Source: Planctomycetota bacterium (GTDB lineage: Bacteria; Planctomycetota; B15-G4). From it: a stretch of 64,000 nucleotides of DNA. The stretch spans positions 4,768,001 through 4,832,000 of the forward strand of contig CBDFJQ010000002.1 of the NCBI GenBank assembly GCA_965248575.1, given 5' to 3'. The position numbers and the translations under genes were made by a program. The notes under the pieces are model-generated. The model was not told where the DNA came from, did no database searches, and saw nothing but the letters and a program-made list of their open reading frames with translations. Of this stretch, positions 58,574-64,000 are shown piece after piece. Positions within the stretch are counted from its first letter, which is position 1; each line of letters opens with the position of its first letter.

Positions 58574-59854
58574 ATGTTGTCTTCATTGCGTCGAGTTTTC
58601 TCTCTCGTGCCGGCGGCTCTCCTCGCTGGTGCTCTGCTTGTTTCGGGGCCTGTCGCCTCGGCACAAGGGGTCTGCACGGGCCCCGATGGTTTGGCAGGGC
58701 CTTGCTGCACTTCCACAGTCCCGAACCTGCCGCCCTTTCCACAAGTGGCCGTGGGCGGCCTCGGTATCTGTTGGAACAACTGCAATGTGTCTGCCACCCA
58801 GAATCTGCGGGTGACGTGGGCACCGCCCACAGAAGTGAAGTGCACCGAGTATGTGACCACCGTCACGGTGAGCGATTCCGCGACCGGCGCCCCAATCATG
58901 ATCGGCACCATGGTGTTGGACTACACCCGCACCTGGGATGAGATTTCTCCGGCAGGGATTCCACACCAGGTCTATCGTTTCGCCGCCAAGGCGGATCTCA
59001 GCTCGGTGGTTCCAGCGGGTGCCATTCCGCCGTGCCCACTTCCTTCCTGCCTGCCACCGATGGGCAACCAACCGACCGCGTTTTTCTACGGTTATGCGGA
59101 TTACTCGTGCTCGAGCGCTGCGCCTGGTACGGGCTTCGAGCCCGTGCTCGTGCTCTACCACGCGTGTGACCGCTTCATCCACAGGCCGGGCTTCTCGGAT
59201 CGCCCGGGGTCCTTCCATCCGGGTGGCTCCTACGCCATCGTGGCTCCGCACTCGACGGTGCAGCCGTTCACGCCTGCCAACATGCTGGCCCCCGCCGGCC
59301 CGTTGGTCGGTGAGGCAACCCGTGACATGCTGCCCCCGGTGGGTCCGCCGCCGTTCTTCTGCATCACCGAGGATCGTGTTGCTTCAGGTGCCATGACCCA
59401 GTTGGCAACAGGGTGTGTGTGCAACTTGACGACAGCAACGACTCATCACACCCTTCGGAAGTTCACGGGGACCACGAGTTGTGTGAACCCTGTCGGAGTT
59501 GCAGGTGGGTGGGCCTCCTTGGCCATCAACTTCCCGGTGAACCCTTGGTTCCACCTGGTGACATCGAGCATCGGGTTCTGGTCGACGCCCGGGCTCTATC
59601 CGGGCAACGAAAAGAGCTGGGTGGATGAAGGTGTCTTTGTGCATCAGAGCGCATGCACCGGTGACTTCGCCGAGCTGAAGTATGGCGGAACCACCCGCTC
59701 GGGTTGGCCGGTGATCCTGCCCTTCCCGGTTCCCGGCAACAAGTTCACGGACCTTGCGGACAACTACACGGCGCCGCTCACGGGGCCGTATCCGACGCCG
59801 ATTCTCGGGAGCATCCGCCCGACGGATCACCTCATCTACGTGAACTACCCGTAG
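58574..59854 (+). CDS. Secreted Cys/Pro-rich hypothetical protein
   Basis: GGAG RBS, signal peptide ending ASA-QG, 15 Cys, followed by a hairpin. Confidence 0.8.
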   Translation: MLSSLRRVFSLVPAALLAGALLVSGPVASAQGVCTGPDGLAGPCCTSTVPNLPPFPQVAVGGLGICWNNCNVSATQNLRVTWAPPTEVKCTEYVTTVTVSDSATGAPIMIGTMVLDYTRTWDEISPAGIPHQVYRFAAKADLSSVVPAGAIPPCPLPSCLPPMGNQPTAFFYGYADYSCSSAAPGTGFEPVLVLYHACDRFIHRPGFSDRPGSFHPGGSYAIVAPHSTVQPFTPANMLAPAGPLVGEATRDMLPPVGPPPFFCITEDRVASGAMTQLATGCVCNLTTATTHHTLRKFTGTTSCVNPVGVAGGWASLAINFPVNPWFHLVTSSIGFWSTPGLYPGNEKSWVDEGVFVHQSACTGDFAELKYGGTTRSGWPVILPFPVPGNKFTDLADNYTAPLTGPYPTPILGSIRPTDHLIYVNYP

Positions 59855-59889
59855 TGGGGAGAGCCACTCGCCACGCGTGAGAGAATCCA

Positions 59890-59919
59890 GGGCCCCGGGC
59901 GACTCGCCCGGGGCCCTTT
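59890..59919 (+). terminator. Intrinsic terminator-like hairpin between convergent genes
   Basis: GGGCCCCGGGCG-ACT-CGCCCGGGGCCC followed by TTT. Confidence 0.7.
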
Positions 59920-59935
59920 GCATCTCTTGTGCCCC

Positions 59936-61003
59936 TCAGCGGTCGACGATCACCTTGGCCAGGGCCTGTGCCATGAGGGTGCCCATGAGGTTCGCCCCCT
60001 GTCGCCCCAAGTGGGTAGGGTCCGAGCGTGCGGTCAGCTCATAGAGCGCTGGGTACGCCCGTGGTCGATTGAAGGCCAGCAAGCCGGGCAACTCACCCTT
60101 GGCAGCCAGGTGAAAGGCCATGGGGCGCGCCAGCATCTCTGGCAGGATCAGAGGGATGCGTTCGACACCCGCGCTTGAGAACAGCAGACGTTGCCGCTCC
60201 AGGCCCCGAGTCACCATCGAGGGAACGCTCCCGGTTGCAGAGTTGCGCGCGACGAGCTGCTCGAGTTGTTGGCCGTACTCCGTGCCGTCACCCAGGAATT
60301 CCGCGCGTTTCTTGTCCTCCTGCAACACATCGCGCCAGCGTGGCTGATGTCCACGGCCTTGCTCCAGCAACTCAAGCGCCTCTCGTTGTCGAGCGCTCCC
60401 CTGGTCGTTCCAGTGTGCGAGCAGTGCAGGTCCCTCACCCACGTTTCCCCAGGCGGAGAGCAATCCCTTGGTGTGTCTGCGCACACTGGCCCAAGGCACG
60501 GAGTTCAGGGGGTGGGTGACCAAACCGCTGAGCAGCTCCGTCACGATGGGCAAACGGTGCCAGCGACGTTCCCGGTCGGTGACGGGGTCCGCCTCACCGT
60601 ACTCGGAGAGCAGGTACGGGCGCCATTCGAGTACGACCCACCGCAGGCGCTTGGGTTGCATGGCGAGGATGTCGTTCAGAAGCGCCTCCGTGGCCCAGGC
60701 ATCCATGCCCAAGGCGCCGAAATTGAAGGAGCTGAAGGCAAGCCCGCGTCGTTCCAAGGCGGCGTCGATGTGTGCTGGAACAAGCGAGTAGAGCACCTGG
60801 CTTGAGCCCACATAGATGGCGTCGAAGTCATCCTTGTGCGCTTCGAAGTAGTCGAGCTTGTCTTGCAGGGAGTGCTTGTTGGGCCAGGGCAGCAGGGAGT
60901 GGATCCCGGAGGCCGTGGCCCCAAGGGCAGTCAAGCTGACGGCTAGGAGACATGCCGCGCGCAACAGCCGGGGGCGTCGAGGAGATTCCAGGGGTCGGCT
61001 CAC
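59936..61003 (-). CDS. SGNH-like membrane-anchored protein
   Basis: IYVGSS block I, FNFG, C-terminal DPTHL (DxxH). Confidence 0.65.
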   Translation of the reverse strand: MSRPLESPRRPRLLRAACLLAVSLTALGATASGIHSLLPWPNKHSLQDKLDYFEAHKDDFDAIYVGSSQVLYSLVPAHIDAALERRGLAFSSFNFGALGMDAWATEALLNDILAMQPKRLRWVVLEWRPYLLSEYGEADPVTDRERRWHRLPIVTELLSGLVTHPLNSVPWASVRRHTKGLLSAWGNVGEGPALLAHWNDQGSARQREALELLEQGRGHQPRWRDVLQEDKKRAEFLGDGTEYGQQLEQLVARNSATGSVPSMVTRGLERQRLLFSSAGVERIPLILPEMLARPMAFHLAAKGELPGLLAFNRPRAYPALYELTARSDPTHLGRQGANLMGTLMAQALAKVIVDR

Positions 61004-61012
61004 GCTTCCACT

Positions 61013-62629
61013 CTACTTCCCGGGTGGCGACTCCCGAGGGGCGGCCTGGTTGCTTGCTGGTCCGCGTCCCGGGTCCAGGGGAATGGGCGCTCCCTTGGCG
61101 CGCAGCGCGTCGATGGCAGGGCCAGCGCTCTGGTAGCGCTCGGCGCGGAACAGCGACGTCGGGATGACATCCGGATCTCCCGTGCCATCGTCCGGTTCAT
61201 CGACTTCTGGATCGATGCCATAGGGGTTGCGCCAGTCCCAGACGATACTCCCGCCCTGTGTGACCTCGAACACCCAGCCCTGTTTGCCGGCGCAGACCAA
61301 GGTGTTGCCATTGGGCAGCCGTTGCGCACCCGAGATGAAACTCGAGAAGAAGTCCTCGGGCTTCGGCGCTGAGTAGCTCCATGCGGGGGTGCGTGGGCCG
61401 AAGGGGCGACGTGTCTCGATGATGTAGTTGCCCTGGGCATCCCGCGGCGCCCACCATTCCTTGACCTCTGACCAGGGGCGGTCCTGCTCGGTTCCGTTGT
61501 CGAACACGATCAGGTTTCCCGCGCCCAACTGCCCCTCGGGGATCCACTGCACATTGTGCTGGCCCAGGAGTTGCCGGTCCTCCCACGATCCCATTCCGTA
61601 GGCGTAGGGATTGCCCCAGCGGTAGAGCAGGTCACCGCCCTTTCCTGAGCGACCGCCGGTCGAGCCCGCAGCCTCTTCGCTGGTTGTGGAGTGATCGATG
61701 ATCCAGACCTCGTCGAAGCGCCGCACGCTGAGGGCGATCTGGTCGAGCTCGGCGTTGTAGTCGATGCCGTTGGAGTGCATCCAATCGGCATCCTTCACCC
61801 GGGCCTTGTGCGCCTCCTCCTCTGGGTCCTCGTCGTCCGGCGCGTCCGTGTCCTTGTCGGTGCCGTGGTCGCTGCCACCCACGTATCCGAGCGCAGCCAT
61901 CTGCGCCAACTCAGCTGCTTGCTCTTCCTCGCTGGGCGGGTCTGGGTTGCGGTCACCGTTGATGTCGATGCGCTCCGGGCGTGACGAGGGCAGGGCGTTG
62001 TTCGGCCCCTCGGGTGTCATGTCTTGCACCAGGTGGTCCCAGGCGTGCCATTCCCAGACGACATCGCCACCCACCGGTCGCGTGGGGCGGATCTCGTAGA
62101 CGGCGTCCGGCCAGAACTCCTCGCCCGCCAGGAGTTCAGGGTCTCGCCCCGCCGCCAGTGCCTCGGCGCGCGTGTGGCGGTCCCATGCAATCAGCAGGAT
62201 GTTGCCGTTCGGAAGCTCTTCGATGTCGTGATGGCTGATGCCTGAGTCGCTGTCCCAGTCGAAGGACCAGAGCACGCTGCTGTCCCAGTCGAGTTCCTCA
62301 AGGCCACCGCTCATGCCCCCGCCGCGGAAGATGGGGTGGTCCTCCACGATCAGGCCTTGGATCAAGCTGCCGCGCTCCGTGAGATAGCGCCCACCGCTGG
62401 GCATCTTGGAGGACGTCCAGCTGTGGACCGAGGTGCCCGTCATGTCCACGAGATGCGTCCGTTTGGACCTCAGGGAACGAATCAGGGTGAAACCGGGGGA
62501 GGCGCTGCTGCTATCCCAGCCCTCACGGGTGGGCGGCTCCAAGGGAGGGCCAACGCCGGGCCCTTCGGAGCAGGCCGTTGGCAGGAGCAGGAAGACCAGC
62601 AGCCCCTGCAGGAGGGTGACGCCCCTCAC
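61013..62629 (-). CDS. Aryl-sulfate sulfotransferase (ASST) family lipoprotein
   Basis: Lipobox-like PTAC; SHHD, WMHSNGIDY, LYRWGNP, GQHN, FDNG, SGAQRLPNGNTL. Confidence 0.85.
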   Translation of the reverse strand: MRGVTLLQGLLVFLLLPTACSEGPGVGPPLEPPTREGWDSSSASPGFTLIRSLRSKRTHLVDMTGTSVHSWTSSKMPSGGRYLTERGSLIQGLIVEDHPIFRGGGMSGGLEELDWDSSVLWSFDWDSDSGISHHDIEELPNGNILLIAWDRHTRAEALAAGRDPELLAGEEFWPDAVYEIRPTRPVGGDVVWEWHAWDHLVQDMTPEGPNNALPSSRPERIDINGDRNPDPPSEEEQAAELAQMAALGYVGGSDHGTDKDTDAPDDEDPEEEAHKARVKDADWMHSNGIDYNAELDQIALSVRRFDEVWIIDHSTTSEEAAGSTGGRSGKGGDLLYRWGNPYAYGMGSWEDRQLLGQHNVQWIPEGQLGAGNLIVFDNGTEQDRPWSEVKEWWAPRDAQGNYIIETRRPFGPRTPAWSYSAPKPEDFFSSFISGAQRLPNGNTLVCAGKQGWVFEVTQGGSIVWDWRNPYGIDPEVDEPDDGTGDPDVIPTSLFRAERYQSAGPAIDALRAKGAPIPLDPGRGPASNQAAPRESPPGK

Positions 62630-63195
62630 GCTGCTTCAGGCCAGAGCCACGCGAACACGAAGCCCGTCGCCAATCCGTAGAGCAGCCCGTCAAAGAGGAA
62701 CTTGAACGAGGTGCTCCATTTGATGCCCTTCCAGATGGAATCCGTGAAGTTGCCCACGCCGTAACCCAGCACGGCAATGGTTGACGCCATGCGGAACACA
62801 TGGCGCGGGTCGGCGCCCTCGGCGCCCATCGCGAGCCAGGTCGCGTACGCCACGAAGGCGCCGACCAGGAGGCTGAAGACGAACCACTGGTAGAGGCTCT
62901 TGCCCATCGCCGCAGGGCCGTTGGGCAGTACGGACATGAAGCCCACGGGCCCTTGCTCGTACTTCTTGATCATCTCCGGCGTGCCCATGTCCTTCATGCT
63001 CTTGTGCATGGGGAAGTAGTAGTTGCCTTGCGGCACCTTGTACTGCCGCATGGCCTCCAGCACGTCTGCCTCCTCGGGCAGCGCCGCATAGTCGTGCTTG
63101 TGAATCGGGATCACCATGTGGATGACGCAGCTCACGAGGAACACCGCCACGCCAGAGACCAGGATCGGAAGCCAGAGATTGACGAGGAAGTCCAT
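62626..63195 (-). CDS. Conserved membrane protein
   Basis: Several hydrophobic segments; GGAG RBS; GTGA coupling to the ASST gene. Confidence 0.78.
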   Translation of the reverse strand: MDFLVNLWLPILVSGVAVFLVSCVIHMVIPIHKHDYAALPEEADVLEAMRQYKVPQGNYYFPMHKSMKDMGTPEMIKKYEQGPVGFMSVLPNGPAAMGKSLYQWFVFSLLVGAFVAYATWLAMGAEGADPRHVFRMASTIAVLGYGVGNFTDSIWKGIKWSTSFKFLFDGLLYGLATGFVFAWLWPEAA

Positions 63196-63325
63196 GCGGA
63201 TCACTCCAGTGGGCGGGGGCGTGGGGGCGGGGCACTGCCTCGGAGTGCCCCTGCACGCATGGTCCTTCCTTTGCCGTCATCGCGCAATCCGGCGCTTCAC
63301 GCCGAGCTTGCGCGGGTCGCGTCGC

Positions 63326-64000
63326 TCAGCGTTGATCCCGTAGGGAATTCTGGATGCCCTGCAGCTCTACGTCGGAAAGGGGACGAGCGCCGTCGAGCAC
63401 GCCGAAGCGACCAGAACCGAAGCCGGGCCACCACAAATAGCGGGCCCAGCCCTCCACCAAGCTGGCATCGACAGGACCGAAGTGGCGGCTGTCGACGGCG
63501 TTGTCGCGATGATCTCCGAGGACGAAGAAGCTGTCCGTCGACAGCCGGAGCCGGGTGGGTGGTGGGCAGCGAGTGGCGGGGCCGGAGAGCACGCGCCAGG
63601 CTCCCTCAGACGAGACTTCCCAGTCGATCTGAGCGCCTGCGACAGTGGGGCCGAACTGGCGCGTGTCGGCGGGGCCGAGTGCATGACGTGCTAGCGGGAC
63701 ACCGTTGATCAGGACGCGACCTTCCTCGACGAGGATGTCCTCGCCCGGGAGCCCCAGCACACGCTTCACCAGCTTCTGGCCGCTGCCGTCCGGGTGCCGG
63801 AACACGATCAGGTCGCCGCGGCTCACGGCGTGCGTCGACACGTCCGATCGGTCCACGAGGAACCGATCGCCCGGGAGCAAGGCAGGCGCCATGCTCGCGG
63901 TGGGGATCATGTAGGCCTCGAACACATGAGCGCGAAGTGCCTCGGTGGCCAGCACGGGATAGCCCACACCGAGCAGGACCCATGACAGGCCCATGCCGAT
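63326..64000 (-). CDS. lepB: Signal peptidase I (5'-truncated by the window edge)
   Basis: IPTASMAPAL (Ser), VKRVLGLPGE (Lys), GDHRDNAVDSRHFGPV. Confidence 0.88.
   Translation of the reverse strand: MGMGLSWVLLGVGYPVLATEALRAHVFEAYMIPTASMAPALLPGDRFLVDRSDVSTHAVSRGDLIVFRHPDGSGQKLVKRVLGLPGEDILVEEGRVLINGVPLARHALGPADTRQFGPTVAGAQIDWEVSSEGAWRVLSGPATRCPPPTRLRLSTDSFFVLGDHRDNAVDSRHFGPVDASLVEGWARYLWWPGFGSGRFGVLDGARPLSDVELQGIQNSLRDQR

Overview
GC-rich bacterial DNA, most consistent with an uncultured Planctomycetota-like genome (inference from many sulfatases and secreted modular proteins). About 45 genes; no rRNA, tRNA, CRISPR array or transposase was recognised. Recognisable content: a cyanophycin operon (iadA-cphB-cphA plus a CphA-like protein lacking the ATP-grasp domain), a NitT/TauT-type ABC importer, a MocR-regulated decarboxylase/YczE unit, four sulfatase-family genes, an aryl-sulfate sulfotransferase, a TPR-CHAT protease, an S8-PKD protease, CLC and K+ channels, rsmH, a Dus enzyme, a hybrid histidine kinase and a GNAT + B12 radical SAM pair. 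Strongest hidden signal: the ABC substrate-binding gene extends upstream through an in-frame TGA (37766-37768, GFLPVT-U-HLTC) followed by a bacterial SECIS-like hairpin, indicating a selenoprotein missed by the ORF track. Also notable: a recurrent ~120-aa secreted-protein module, two gene-fragment scars, and several apparently leaderless promoters. All calls come from reading motifs by eye; no database search was run.
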